Assembly (NCBI RefSeq): GCF_006345805.1
Contig: NC_043003.1
Coordinates: 72,664,001-72,728,000 of the forward strand
Source of the DNA: Octopus sinensis
Taxonomy: Eukaryota
Length of the DNA: 64,000 nucleotides
Direction of reading: 5' to 3'
The notes beneath the pieces are model-generated. The model was not told where the DNA came from and made no database searches. It worked only from the letters and a program-made list of their open reading frames with translations. Of this stretch, positions 1 through 13,019 are shown one piece after another. Position numbers and translations under genes: made by a program. Numbering within the stretch: position 1 is the first letter of the stretch; each line of letters opens with the position of its first letter.

Positions 1-1
1 C

Positions 2-34
<33 letters not shown>

Positions 35-187
35 CCTATATATACATATGTATATATATACATATATATACATACATATATACATGCATATATATATTAG
101 TTAAGATATTTCCTATTTTACAAGATCATATAAATATATTTTTATATTTATATATATATATGACTCATGCATGTATACATATATATG

Positions 188-221
<34 letters not shown>

Positions 222-480
222 CTACACACACACACATGTATCTATGTATCTTTTACTTGTTTTATTCACTTAACTGTAGACATGCTGGGGCACTGTACTG
301 TCCCGAAATTTTAGCCAAATGTATCAACCCCAATACTTAAAGTTTTTTTAAACCCTGGTACTTACTTTACCACGTTCTTTTATCAAATCACTAGGCTATG
401 AGGGTTAAACACACCGCCACCAGTTGTTAAGTGGTGGTGGTGGGCAAACACAGACACAAAGATATATATACATACGGGCT

Positions 481-1728
481 GAAGCTAGCATCATAGCATC
501 ATAATTTTGAAATATCTATAAAACCATCAAAAGCTTGTTTGTTTTTATGCTTTTTTTATTTATTATTAGTGTTGCTTAATATGCTTTGCTAAAATTGCTG
601 TTTCTTTGCAGATATCCTCAGAAAAGGGGAATTAAAATTCATTAAAATGACAGATCTATCGGACTTTCAAAGAGGTCAAATTGTTGGTGCTCGTATGGCA
701 GGTGCTAACCTAACGAAAACAGCTGAAATGTTTGGTGTATCAAAAAGTATTGTCTCGAAAGTAATTACAGCCTTTGAGAAACAGGGAAAACCCTCCTCGT
801 CGAAACAAAAGCCTGGAAGAAAACCCAAACTTTCAGATAGGGACCGTCGGACTCTTACGCGAATTTGTAGAAAGGATCACAAAAGTACAGCTCCCAAAAT
901 TACTGCAGAGTTTAATGACCACCTCGAGAATCCAGTTTCCACAAAAACTGTTTGCCGGGAGCTGCACAAAGTTGGATTTCAAGAGAGGGCTGCAATCAGA
1001 AAACCACTACTTTCAAAAACAAACATTGTAAAGCGTTTGGAGTGGAGTAAAAACCTACAGAATTGGTCCCTAGAGCAGTGGGAGAAAGTTATTTTCTCAA
1101 ACAAGTCCTCCTTTACCTTATTTCTGACAACCGGCTGAGTATACCTGTGGAGACAGCCAAAAGAAGCATTTGACCCACACTGCCTTCTTCCAACTGTTAA
1201 ACATGGAGGAGGATCTGTAATGATCTGGGGGAGCTATATCTTGGAAATCCACAGGCCCAATGGTTTCCCTTCATGGCAGAATGAATAGTCAAGAATATTT
1301 AAGCATTTTATCAGATCAAATTCATCCTATGATTGCAGAACTGTTTCCAGTGGGAAACAATCTTTCAGGATGATAGTGTACCAATTTACACAGCTAAATT
1401 TGTTACTGAATAGCATGAGGAACATTCTAGTGAAGTTGAACATCTTATCTAGCCACCACAGTCCTCAGATCTCAATGTAATTGAACATTTCTGGTGTATT
1501 TTAGAAAACAAGTAAGGAGTCGATATCCCCCACCATCATCACTATAGGAACTGGAGACTGTTTTAGCTGAAGAATGGACAAAAATTCCTTTGGAAACAAT
1601 CCTAACTTTGTACATGTCCTTACCTCGTAGAATTTAAACTGTAATTACAGCCAAAGGCGGTCCTATCCCATATTAAAATAAATTTGTTTGAAATTTTAAG
1701 GTGTTTCCATTATTTTGTCCAACCCCTA
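481..1728 (+). mobile_element. Tc1-family DD34E DNA transposon, decayed (left TIR not recognisable)
   Basis: ORF 647-1138 encodes a paired-like HTH (LSDFQRGQIVGAR...GRKPKLSDRDRR). Downstream broken frames give TVKHGGGSVMIWG, FQDDSVP and PPQSSDLNVIEHFW. Right TIR ...GTGTTTCCATTATTTTGTCCAACCCCT ends near 1727. In-frame stops and frameshifts are present. Confidence 0.93.
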
Positions 1729-1759
1729 TGTATGTGTGTATGTATATATATATATATAT

Positions 1760-1890
1760 ATAAATCCACTCACAAGGCTTTGGTCAACTTGAGGCTATCG
1801 TCGAAGGCACTTGCCCAAGGTGCCACAAACTGGGACTGAACCGAAAAACAGTGTTGTTGGGAAGCAAGCTTCTTACTGCACAGCCTATGC
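1760..1890 (-). mobile_element. tRNA-derived SINE, partial (same family as 15067-15480)
   Basis: Reverse complement of the head GGCTGTG..GTAAGAAGCTTGCTTCCCAAC..GGTTCAGTCCCA..GGCACCTTGGGCAAGTG..CCAAAGCCTTGTGAGTGGATT, which recurs across the window. Confidence 0.8.
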
Positions 1891-2385
1891 GTGTGTGTGT
1901 ATTTATATATATTATGAGCAGGCTGAGTTGAGTCTCACTGCATGGCACCTGTGGGAAGTGTGCCAGAGAGACCAAAGGTTTGTGAGTGGATTTGGACGAT
2001 AGAAACTGAAAGAAGCCTGTCGTATACGTGATAGTGTGTGTGTGTGTGTAGTTGTTTGTCTTGACATCGCGTGAGAGTTGATTTGTAAATGACTGTCACT
2101 ATCGTGCAAGCAGTGTTATTTATTTCCAATTTTCTGCGCAAACATGTCTGGCAATGGGGTTATAATACTCTGTTTAGAAATAAGACAGATCTTCTGATCA
2201 TTGTAAATCTGCCTCAATAAATTCCATCCGACCCATAAAGATGTGGAAAAGGTAGACAGTGGTGTATACATACATATGTGTGTGTATGTTTCTATGTGTA
2301 TGTATACATATATGCTTTATATTCATGCATATATTCATATATATATGCACAAACACACACACATATATATATATATAATATATAT

Positions 2386-2425
<40 letters not shown>

Positions 2426-3924
2426 AACATATACATGATTATATAGACACAAAGCAAGCATATATTTACGTATATCTATATATAGACAGGCAGATAGATA
2501 GAGCGAAACAAAAAGAGAGAGAGCAGAGAAAAAGTGAGAGAGAGAGAGAGAGACAACAAACACACCCACAAATACGCATAGCCACGTAGATTGGACTATA
2601 TACGTCCTTACGTGTACTGTGTCTACTTCCACGTACATTGACAGCCGATATACAGTTACATGTACATAATACATAGGCCACTAGTCCCTGTACACCCTAA
2701 CTGATATAAAATTAAACATACCATAGTGCGTTCGCCAAAAGAACTTCTTCAAACTTCACCCACATTGTTTGTTTTTCATAATCAAATCAACACTTGTGAC
2801 CTCACGTAATGTCTTGTTTCTGCTTCTCAGCCCGGATGCGAACCCTTGTCCTAGTTGTTTCAATATGGGTTCATGTATGTCTCTGTATTTGTATCTATAT
2901 ATATAAATTGTGTGTATGTACGTATACATATATATATATATATATACGTGTAAGTAAGTGCCTGTATGTATATATGTATCGTGTGTCAGTAATTTATTCT
3001 ACATTTACTATGCCCGAAGGCAAACCAAATAGAAATGCAGCTTCATCACGTTTTAATTCTCGTCCAAACGTGAGCGAACCCTCCTACTTCACTAATGTAA
3101 TTCTAAATATTTTAGATTATTATTTCATAAAAGTAGGATCGAACCTTAATTTTTCTTTTAAAGTGATATTAGACCAGATCAGACGATGATATTTTATGAT
3201 ATTTGCCAAAAGTATATCTATCCTGAGCGAAAAAAAAAAAAAATTGATAAATTTCAAGTCTCGTGTGAGCAGACGTGATATTGCAAATGTCAACAGTTTG
3301 ACCAAGATACACGTGGTAGTGATAGAAGGCAACTGGATGCTCTCAAATCCTCTATCTCTTTCAAATTAATTACCTGCGTATGTGAGATATATATTTATTG
3401 AATCCTATTATTATGCATGATGTATTTGTTATTGATCTTTACGTGAAGTATTCTATATTAATATTTACTCGTTGCTTTTCTTTTCAGCTGCTCTCCTTAA
3501 CGTTATACTCTCTTACACTCAGATACACATATTATATAAGGCAGATATAGAAAAGAAAACTTGGTTAAACTGAGCTCATTCATACAATTAGTAGCCGAAA
3601 CCCTCCTCTGGGTGTATTATCATTAATCGTTGCTTTATTCTCTGTGACTGTGACCTTTGTCAGGGTCTCACTTCCTGCAAACACTGATGATATCGATAAC
3701 ACACAACAGCACTATAATCCCAGGAATTCCTTTTGCGACTTGTAAACTATTCCCAGGCTAGGAATGGTCGAGCACGCCTACCATCAAAGATGTTTACGCC
3801 GTAACCTCAACAGCGTCTTACTTTATAGACCAGTGTCCTTGCGAGGTCCATAAGATTTTATTGTTAAAGTTTATGTCGAATAAATTGGTTTCACTTCTAC
3901 AATACACAATATTTTAACAATATT

Positions 3925-4620
3925 CTTATTCCTGGTAAATTCTGATCCTTTCACCCGCACGATTTTCACTAAGAAAAAAAAAAAAAAAAAAAAAAAGAAA
4001 AACTCGGATTTTTTGCGTGGAATCAAGTACCCTGACCAAATATGCTGCAAACTCCACCACTATCCCGAAATCATTGGAAATTGGCGAACCTTCGGTATAG
4101 GTACACACGTGACTTTGTTTACATTTCTGAAGATAACAGAAACCCTTTTCTCCCACCTCTAACCCTAACAGAAACCCTAACCCCCCATATATAAAAAAAA
4201 AAGCGCTTTCTTGAAATGTATCCGGTACTTACACCGGTACATATACCGAAGTTACGCCTGGAAAATTTTTTTTCCGTTGAATGAATTCCGGTGACCTCCT
4301 AATATGCTACACAGCCCTTTTTGGGGGTCCGGCAAACGGGGTGAGGTGAGGTGGAATCCTCGGAAATTTCACCCCTTATTGATCTTTTCACCTGCACGAT
4401 TTTCACTAAGATAGAAAAAACTCGGATTGTTTGCATGCAATAAGTACCCTGACCTCCTAATATGCTGCAAACCCCTTATTTTTGTTCGGAAAAAAAGTGG
4501 GGTGGGACCGGACTGCCCCCACCACCACCACCACCAATATCCCGGAATCATTAGAATTTTTTTTTTTCGTGGACTGATTTCCGGTGACTTAATATGCTAC
4601 AAAACCCTTTTTTGGTTCCT
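3925..4620. repeat. Locally duplicated ~60-110 bp modules with a CTAACCCTAAC tract
   Basis: GATC.TTTCACC.GCACGATTTTCACTAAGA..AAAACTCGGATT..AAGTACCCTGACC..AATATGCTGCAAAC occurs at ~3944 and ~4381. TTCCGGTGAC..TAATATGCTAC occurs at ~4286 and ~4579. CTAACCCTAAC occurs at ~4159-4182. Confidence 0.6.
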
Positions 4621-4899
4621 GAGTAAAAGTATAATATTAACAAAATATCTTTTTCCTACCTCTTAAAATCACTGGATATAATTTATATAATAATCCCGAA
4701 TAGATTTTCCTGGCTTGCCAGTCCTCAGTCAAACCATCCAACCCATGCCTGAATGGAAAGCAGACATTAAACGATGATGGTGATGATGATGTATAATGAT
4801 ATATGATAGATTGTTATCCATTCAATGTTTAGGTAAACTTGGGCCCATCTGCCAAGCAGCAACACTGCTTAAGTGCCAACCAGCCTCACCTAGTGATGC

Positions 4900-5755
4900 T
4901 ATTTCCCTGTCAGCACATTATGGCTTTCGAGCCATTTCAGGTCTTCTCATTTCAGCCATATATAGAAGCTGGCTTTGTCAACTGCCTTCTGTATCCTCCT
5001 TATTACTTTTCTCAGCTCTAAGCTCGAAAATGCAAACCTTTTAAATAACATTGCCATTTTCCTTTCAATTAAACCTCTAGCCCCCACTGTCAGCTGGTAA
5101 TACTCAACAGTCCAACCCTGTTCCCTGCATTCTTCAATTAATCTCTCATATCTCTTCTTCCATTGCTTTGCATTTGGGATGTTCTCTTCCCATGGCACTG
5201 TCAGGTCTAGCAAAATTCCACTTTTTTTGTTCTGGGATCCATAGGATTAAGTCTGGTCTTTTGAGCGGAAATATTAAGTCTTTCCAAATCTGTGGCCAGC
5301 TCTCAGTATCCCTTCCATCTTTCATCTGTCTTGTATACTTTTTTGAAGGCCTGATCTTATGTCCTTTACCCTCCTTCTGGAAGTATATCCTTCCACACTT
5401 TTCCACTTTTGGGTACTCTCCCTTATTATATCCCTTGATCTCCTTGAGTGATGTACTTATGACACTGAGGACTTGACTGTGATGCCATGTATATCTGTCT
5501 AGTGCTAGCCTGCAGTTTGACAGAACATGTCTCTCTGTTGTTTTCTTTCCGCATTTACATTCATCAGTCATTTGTATGTTCCACCAGACTAAACTGCCTT
5601 GTGAAGGCAAAACATTGAATGCAGACTTCATCAAGAAGGATGTTCTTGCTTATTCCCAAGCCTAAAGTTCCTTCTATGAGATTCTGTGACTGACCACGTA
5701 TTCCTCCCATCTCAGGTACTGTCCCTGTTGACTACATTGCACCAAATCTACATTT
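4900..5755 (-). mobile_element. Non-LTR retrotransposon 3' fragment with restriction-like endonuclease (HERO-clade-like)
   Basis: ORFs 5146-5634 and 4947-5213 give LPSQGSLVWW..CKCG..HVLSNC..RYTWHHSQVL (CCHC knuckle, RH motif), RPDLILW, DLTVPWE and VGARG, the PD-(D/E)xK RLE arrangement. Its 5' side abuts a Tc1 copy. Confidence 0.85.
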
Positions 5756-5787
5756 CACCCATTTATTTCTAATTATATATATATATA

Positions 5788-6950
5788 CTGGGGTTGGACA
5801 AAATAATGAAAATACCTTAAGATTTCAAGCAAATTTATTTTAATATGGGATAGGACTGCCTTTGGCTGTAATTACAGCTTGGATTCTACGAGGTATGGTC
5901 TTGTACAAAGTTTGAATTGTTTCCAAAGGAATTTTTGTCCATTCTTCAGCTAAAAGTTCTTGTAGTCATGATGGTGGAGGATAGCGACTCCTTACATGTT
6001 TTTCTAAAATGCACCATAAATGTTCAATAATATTGAGATCTGGGGACTGTGGTGGCCAGATAAGATGTTCAACTTCACTAAAATGTTCCTTTTTGCCATT
6101 CAGTAACAACTTTAGCTGTGTGAATTGGTGCATTATCATCCTGAAAGATTGCATTTCCCTCCAGAAACAGTTCTGCAACCATAGGATGAATTTGATCAGA
6201 TAAAATACTTAAATAGTCTTGACTGTTCATTTTGCCATGAAGGGGAACCATAGGGCCTGCAGATTTCCAAGATATAACCCTCCAGGTCATAACAGATCCT
6301 CCTCCATGTTTAACAGTTGGAAGAAGGCAGTCTAGGTCCAAAAGCTTCTTTTGGCTGTCTCCACAAATATACTCGGCTGGTGGTCAGAAATAAGGTAAAG
6401 GGTGACTCGTCCAAGAAAGTAACATTCTCCCACTGCTCTAGGGACGAATTCTGTTGGTTTTTACTCCACTCTGAACATTCGTTTTTGAAAATTGTGGTTT
6501 TTATGATTGCAGCCCTCCCAAGAAATCCAACTTTGTGCAACTCTTGGCAAACAGTTTTTGTGGAAACTGGGTTCTTGAGATGGTCATTAAACTCGGCAGT
6601 AATTTTGGGAGCTGTACTCTTTTGATCCTTTTTAACAATTCTTGTAAGAGTCCGACAGTCCCTATCTGGAAGTTTTTGTTTTCTTCCAGAGTTTTGTTTC
6701 AGCGAGGAGGATTTTCCCTCTTTCTCAAAGGCTGTCATTTTGAGACAGTACTTCTTGATATACTAAACATTTCGGCTGTTTTTGTTACACTAGTGCCTGC
6801 CATACGAGCACCAACAATTTGACCTCTTTGAAAGTCTGATAGATCTGTCATTTTAATAAATTTTAAGTCTCCTTTTCTGATGATATCTGAAAAGAAACAG
6901 CAGTTTTAGCAAAGCATATTATGCAACACTAATAATCAAAATAAAAAAAA
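5788..6950 (-). mobile_element. Tc1-family DD34E transposon, second copy, inverted relative to 481-1728
   Basis: TA followed by CTGGGGTTGGACAAAATAATG (TIR) at 5788. ORFs give FLDESPF, FQDDNAPIH and WPPQSPDLNIIEHLW (DD34E). Frameshifted. Confidence 0.93.
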
Positions 6951-7169
6951 CAGGTTTATCATACCCCTCCACCAACAAAGTGTGACTGTCTACCTGTGTT
7001 AAAAATTATGATTGTCTTATAAGTTCACATATTCATATACTGTGTATGTTATGGGAACTGATGTGGATGCTGATACTTTAACCAAAGTTCATTGGAGTAA
7101 AACCATATATTCATTTAGTACAGCACTGAGCAGATATTTCTCTTTAAAGATTTTTAGATTGAAATAAAC

Positions 7170-7310
7170 ATCATCATCATCATTGTTCGACCGTGGTCGA
7201 GACAATGGAATTTACCATGCCACGCCAGACTTCACGATCCATCATGGCATTACGGAGGTCCCGTTGCTGGATGCCCGCATCCCTGGAGATCACATCAGGG
7301 CAGGAGAGTA
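7170..7310 (-). mobile_element. Short 3' fragment of an RTE-like LINE (family of 30833-31235)
   Basis: Near-identical to the reverse complement of 31100-31235, including the (ATG)n tail. Confidence 0.85.
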
Positions 7311-7489
7311 CTCACATCTCCCTACATTATACAAACTCCAAAACATTTCAGAGCTTTAGTACATTAGTTTTGCAACCACAAACCAGCACTTGTTCCTCAC
7401 ACTCTAATATTTAAGTATTGCTTGCATTCTTGTTTCTGTTTGTACCAGGTTTTTTAACAATATCCTTCTCAATTTCATCTAGTTCTTTA

Positions 7490-8160
7490 TTTAACAGCTG
7501 TTAGTCTACACAACTGTCTAATCCAAACAAAAGTCTGCATAGCTGCTAAGTCTACATGGGTATTTAGTCCACACAATGGTTTAGTTCATATAGCTGTCTA
7601 ATCCATGCAGCTATCAAGTCCACAGAACTGTCAATTCTGTCCATATGTCAAGTTCACACACTTTTCAAGTCTATTATTTGTTCAGTTCACTGAGCTGTCA
7701 AATTCACTAAGCTGTTTTTCTTCACAGCATTTTTGTGAAATACATGCAGCTCTCTAGTCCACACAGTTGTCCATGTTTACACTCCTGCCATAGTCTACAC
7801 AGCTATCTAGTTCAAAGCAGCCTACACACTTGTCTGTTCCACAAAGTTCTCTCATCTATACAGCTGTTTAGTCCACACTGCTGTCTTGCTCACATAGCAC
7901 TTAAGTCCACACATCTGTCAAGGTAGACAGATGATGAGGTCCATTCACCTGTCTAGCCTATGCAGCTGTGTAGTCCACACTGCTGTCAGTGCCACACAGC
8001 TGTTTACTCCATGCTTCTGTTAATTCTCCACATGTCAAATCCAGTGCTGTGTCATCCACACTGCTATTTAGACACTTTCATCCACACAGCTGTTTACTCT
8101 GTAAAGTCTTGTAGTCCACCTTGCTACCTAATCCATACCAATGTCTAGTTCACTCTTATA
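7490..8160. repeat. Degenerate ~19-20 bp minisatellite (AGTCCACACAGCTGTCT-like), left part
   Basis: Recurrent units such as AGTCCACACAGTTGTCC, AGTCTACACAGCTATCT and AGTCCACACTGCTGTC. The array resumes at ~9930-10200. Confidence 0.7.
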
Positions 8161-8166
8161 GCAAAA

Positions 8167-9590
8167 CTAGCACTATGACCCGACGTTGCCGGGTCTAGTA
8201 CTAGTGCTTGTTGTTCATTGCTGGGTTGCAGTAAAAATTTCTCACTAAATCAAGAGCTAAGTTTCTTATTACATTTCAGCCTTGGCCAGTTTTGTTGTTT
8301 ATGAGCTAGTTGGAGCTTTTTATGAGAGTAACTGATATTCATCGGACTTCGGTTTTCACACCTGGCATAATCATGGAAAATTAGCAGGACTGTGCACATG
8401 CCATTAGTTGGATAAAAAAGGATGCAGAAGAAAGCGAAATACTCAAATTTGGCCGCAAAATAGCATGATTTTGAAAATACACATAAATCTCGTTTATTGA
8501 GTTTTGGTTTCACACCCAACCTAGTTCTGCGCAATCAGTGTCACGACCGGAATGCATGGATTGGGAGTTTGACTGGCAGAGGTGATCAAGTTGCACATGC
8601 CAGCCCTTTTGAAACTCTCACCTCACCTAACCCTGTCATCCTACGAGTGAATAGCAATGGTGGGAAGAAAAGTGCGGATTCCAGCAAAAAGGCAGAGAAA
8701 TTAGAGCACAAAAAACAGCATTCAAAGTGATTTTTATGAATATGACGCATTGAAGCAAGTAACGCAGTAAGGTCAATAGTTCATGATGCATAGAAGCACG
8801 TAAGACATCAAGGTTAACTAAGGTATAAATAATAGTTATGCCTTTTCATCGGAAGGCTAATTGGGCTCCCAATCCACTGAAACGGAGGAGGTTAGGTTCG
8901 GAACACAACTAAGCCTTCAACTAAAACCTAGACTAACCTTACAGAAAAGGGCTCAGGAACCTCTAATAGGCAGCTTCTAATCCTGATCTATCACTAACCC
9001 ATCCTAGGGGTTCTAAATGATGTGGCTCTGAAGATGTGCATGGCGGGTTTGTTTCGGAGGAGGACAGCTGCATTGGATTAAGAACCATTGAAGAATGTTA
9101 GCTTTGGAGATCCGCATTGACAAAACTTGCCAAAACTTACCGGCAGCCTTCACTAAAAGGAACCTAGCCTTTTAACCTAACATCTGACTAAGTGAGAATC
9201 ATTTTCGTTGAGGATAGCATTGGTATACCAATGCATTTATAAATGCTTATCCAAAATCTCGTTGTAAACAATATTGCAGGTTTTACCCTCAGGGGCATAT
9301 ACAAACAGGGCATTCCTACTTCCAACACAGGAGCAGGCAACATAAAGTTGCCCATGTGAAAAGCAGGGCTCGCCCAGATGTATTCCTGCAACTGAGAGTG
9401 TCTGTCCCTGCGATTTGTTAATTGACATCTCTTAATGGCTTTCTGGGGTGACTGGGGAAATGAAAAGATTTTCACGGCCACCCTCTGACAGTTTTGAAAG
9501 ACCATAGAAAATGCGAGCCTTCTACGGGAAAATCTGTGGATTTGTATAAAGGACACACAGACATTTTGCTGTTTATAGATGATATAGAGA
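8167..9590 (-). mobile_element. Non-autonomous Helitron with a PIF1-helicase C-terminal remnant
   Basis: On the minus strand: A|TC 5' end at 9590, 3' hairpin GACCCGGCAACGTCGGGTC, then CTAG|T at 8167. ORF 9237-9428 MSINKSQGQTL..CFSHGQLYVACS matches Helitron/PIF1 motifs V-VI. Confidence 0.88.
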
Positions 9591-9596
9591 TTACTC

Positions 9597-9932
9597 TCTT
9601 TACTCTTACTCTTTTACATGTTTCAGTCATTTGACTGCGGCCATGCTGGAGCACCGCCTTTAGTCAAGCAAATCGACCCTGGGACTTATTCTTTGTAAGC
9701 CCAGTACTTATTCTATTGGTCTCTTTTGCCGAACTGCTAAGTGACGGAGGCGTAAACACACCAGCATCGGTTGTCATGCAATGCTAGGGGGACAAACACA
9801 GACACACAAACACATACACACACATACATATATATATACATATATACGACAGGCTTCTTTCAGTTTCCGTCTACCAAATCCGGGGCTATATCAGAAGACT
9901 CTTGCCCAAGATGCCACGCAGTGGGACTGAAC
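9597..9932 (-). mobile_element. tRNA-derived SINE (family of 15067-15480)
   Basis: Reverse complement of the SINE body and its tail (CTCCAGCATGGCCGCAGTCAAATGACTGAAAC..GTAAAAGAGTAAGAGTAAAAGAG). Confidence 0.85.
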
Positions 9933-10200
9933 TGCTAAATCTACACAACTGTTGCATTTTCTCATTCCTCTGTAATCCATGCAGCTAAATATTCCAATGA
10001 GTGTTAAGTCCACATAGTATTTCATCCACATTGATGTTTAGTCCTCATAGCAGTTTAAGTATGAACAGCTGTTGAGTTCACACAGCTACCAAGTCTACAC
10101 ACCTGTTCAATTTACATATCTCTGTATTCCACATTAATATATATATTCTACACAGCTGTCTTGTACACATTGTTGTCTAATTCACATTCTGATTAAAGTC
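9933..10200. repeat. Degenerate minisatellite, right part
   Basis: Same unit as 7490-8160 (AGTTCACACAGCTACC, AGTCTACACACCTGTT, TCTACACAGCTGTCT). Confidence 0.6.
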
Positions 10201-10959
10201 TGTTAGTCTTATCAATTCAATACAATGACCTCATAGATTATTTATATTTTGTGCTCCTACTAGAATTGCCCAGATTTCTATTACAAAATATTTGCAAAAT
10301 AACTAAATATAACTTCTTGCTAATAAATACCTAGGCAATTCTTGAATGGCACATCTAGCCACATTTTTATTGGCTGCTAGATGAAAAAGGGTGCCTCAGT
10401 TTTAAAAACAAAGAGTACAGGTAGTTTGGGTACACACCCAAACCATTAAACATCTATTTTCTTTATGAAATGAATGTCAATATTAATTTGAAATAACTTT
10501 AAAGTATATATTTACATTAATTCTATATTTATAGATAATTTTATCTAATTATCAACATTGTCTTTTTTCTGAACACCGCTGATAATATTGTCACAAGTCA
10601 ACCCTTAATTATCTACACTGTCATCGAACTCTTACAGTACTGTGTTTATCATAGAATATATTTCATAAACAAATAATAATAATAATAATAATAATAATTC
10701 TTTCTACCTATAGGCATAAAGTCTGAAATTTTGTAGGGGAGAGGACTAGTCAGTTACATCAATTCCCATGCTGAACTGGCACATATTTCATTGACCCCAA
10801 ATGGATGAAAGGTGAAATCAGAACATAAAGATGGGTGAAATGTTGTTAAGCATTTTGTGAAATGTGCTAATGATTCTACTGTCTCAGTAACAATGTTTTC
10901 TTTATTAACCACAAAAATATTGGAGCAATGTAATGTGAGGCTACATAAAGGAGTGTGTA

Positions 10960-12525
10960 AAAAAGATTAAAAAATCAACAATAAAAAATTCCAACAATGA
11001 ATAATTTCCCAAAAGAGAGAGCTTTCCTAGGGCTGCTTATGGAAACTGCACAAACCCCAGTTGCCTTCACCACTAGACCTCTCCTCATTCTCTTCCTTCT
11101 AGCTACAGGTACCTGCTTAGAGTAGACCCATTCACTCAGACCAGTCTTGCCATAATCACTCACTTTTCAAAACATTGTTGGAAGGCAGCAGTACCCTCCC
11201 TCACTTTCCTTTTCAAGTTGATGAGGGACTGGAAAAAATGGTCAGTGTCTGTCTTCAGCTCTTTCAATATGGTCCTCCATACAGCCTCTTTGCTCAGGCT
11301 GCTAGACACATAAATGCTGCCTGCCCTTCCCAGCCAAAGGAAGGTGGTGGACCAATCTTCACGATGGACTCAATTAATGGCTGGAGCTGCTCTACAGGTG
11401 ACAGCAGGTGTTTGACATACACCCACAAGTCAGTAATGTTTCGACATTGGATGAGAGCATACAGAACAGTTTCGTCACTCTGCATGCAACCCTGGGTGAC
11501 GGCACTTCCATGCTTGTAGAGTTCGTCCCAAACTGGCAATGCTCCCCTGTAGCATGCAGAAGTTTTGACACTTTGCACACATCTCAGTCAGGTTTGACTG
11601 ATGGCACATCCATGCCTGTAGAGTTTTTCTCAGACCATTAATTCTATCCAGCCAGGCCAAGGATTTCTGGAAATTATCTATGGGCTCTAGCACAAAAGTC
11701 CTCCAGCATAGATCACCAGTTGATTCTAATTGATGCCCAGATTCTCCACAAGAATGTTGTACTTGCCCACCACTTAATCCCAATAGAACATCTAAGTAGA
11801 ACTTCCAGTGACCACATTGCCCAACTGGCAGAGGAGCATAAGCACTCTAGGTGCCGAGTGCCCTGCCTCAGTCTATGTTTGAGCCAGGGCTGCAGCAAAT
11901 TCACTTCCATAATTCCTAATTTAATTCCTTGGCTATGTATGTTTTGTTCTCCAGATTAGTCTCAGGCATTTTTCAATCTGCTGGTGTGTTGTCTGTTCTA
12001 GCCATTATAGTTATATATACATTTTAGCTCTTTTAAGTCAATAAAAATGTCCTCATTCATTTGACATATTGCATCAGTGAAACCACTAAATCTAGATTTG
12101 AAAGATTTATTTTTTATGTTATTTTTTTTATTAGCGTTACTGGTGTTGTTGATGGTGGAGGGTGAGATTGCTGATGTGTTGAATGGAGAACTATTTTTTT
12201 TGTCCTGTGACCTAATTTTTGTTGTTTTCACTTTCATTGTTGCTGCTGTGTTTTCATCTGCCTTGTTATTATTTTGGATAGTTTTGTTATAATGTAAAGT
12301 GTGGTGGTAGTGATGGTTTTATTTTCGCATTCTTTTATTTTGTTCCCATTATTATATCTACATTGTCTGTTAACTATCCATGTAAGTAGTGGAAAGAAGA
12401 TATTTTCATTGATTTGAGAAGCCATGTTGTGTTTTCTTTCTTTAAAAGATATGAAATCTACAATTATAAATTTTAAAATTTGTCCTTAAAGAGTGAATTG
12501 TTCACAAACCAACTTGCTGACTTAT
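10960..12525 (-). mobile_element. L1/Tx1-like LINE remnant (ORF2 C-terminal zinc knuckle; probable 5' UTR/ORF1 start)
   Basis: Minus frames give FQKSLAW..CYRGALPVWDEL..CMQSDETVLYALIQC..LW, a degenerate C-x2-C..ET..H..C knuckle typical of L1/Tx1 ORF2. The Asn/Lys-rich frames at 11998-12425 may be a decayed ORF1 start. Confidence 0.65.
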
Positions 12526-13019
12526 TTAGTAAACAGTCCAACAAAAATGCAAATACCAAACTGAAGTAACAAAACTTATGAACTGTGAACAAGCCACCTC
12601 TCCTTCCAAACACCAATAATAATAATAATAATAATAATAACGGACTCTCTCGTCAAAGATGATGTATGAGTGTTTAGCTCTTGTCAAGGAACTTGCACAA
12701 ATGATATGTTTATAGTGATCAAATGTATGCATTGTACATTAGCACACTTCCTATATTTCCTGAACAGGTGTACAGTGTGCCATGCATCAAGTGTCAAAGT
12801 GATCATGGAACAACATGAGATGAAGTGATTTGTTCAAGAACAAAACACACCACCTGGTTTAGGAATTGAAACCAAAATCATATGATCATAAGTGCAACAT
12901 TCTAACCACTTGGTCATGTGTCCCCACTATAATAATAGTAATAACCCTTTCTACTGAAGGCACAAGTCCTGAAATTTTTGGGGAGAGGACTAGTCAATTA
13001 CATCAATTTGATGGTCTGG

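Noticed and set aside
2198-2681. YI/CV/HT-rich ORFs here and at ~41970-42330, 55566-56098 and 63648-63978
   Set aside because: Translations of (TA)n, (CA)n and (GA)n microsatellites.
9237-9428. Host PIF1 helicase gene
   Set aside because: Isolated C-terminal fragments inside Helitron termini, present as three different decayed remnants in the window.
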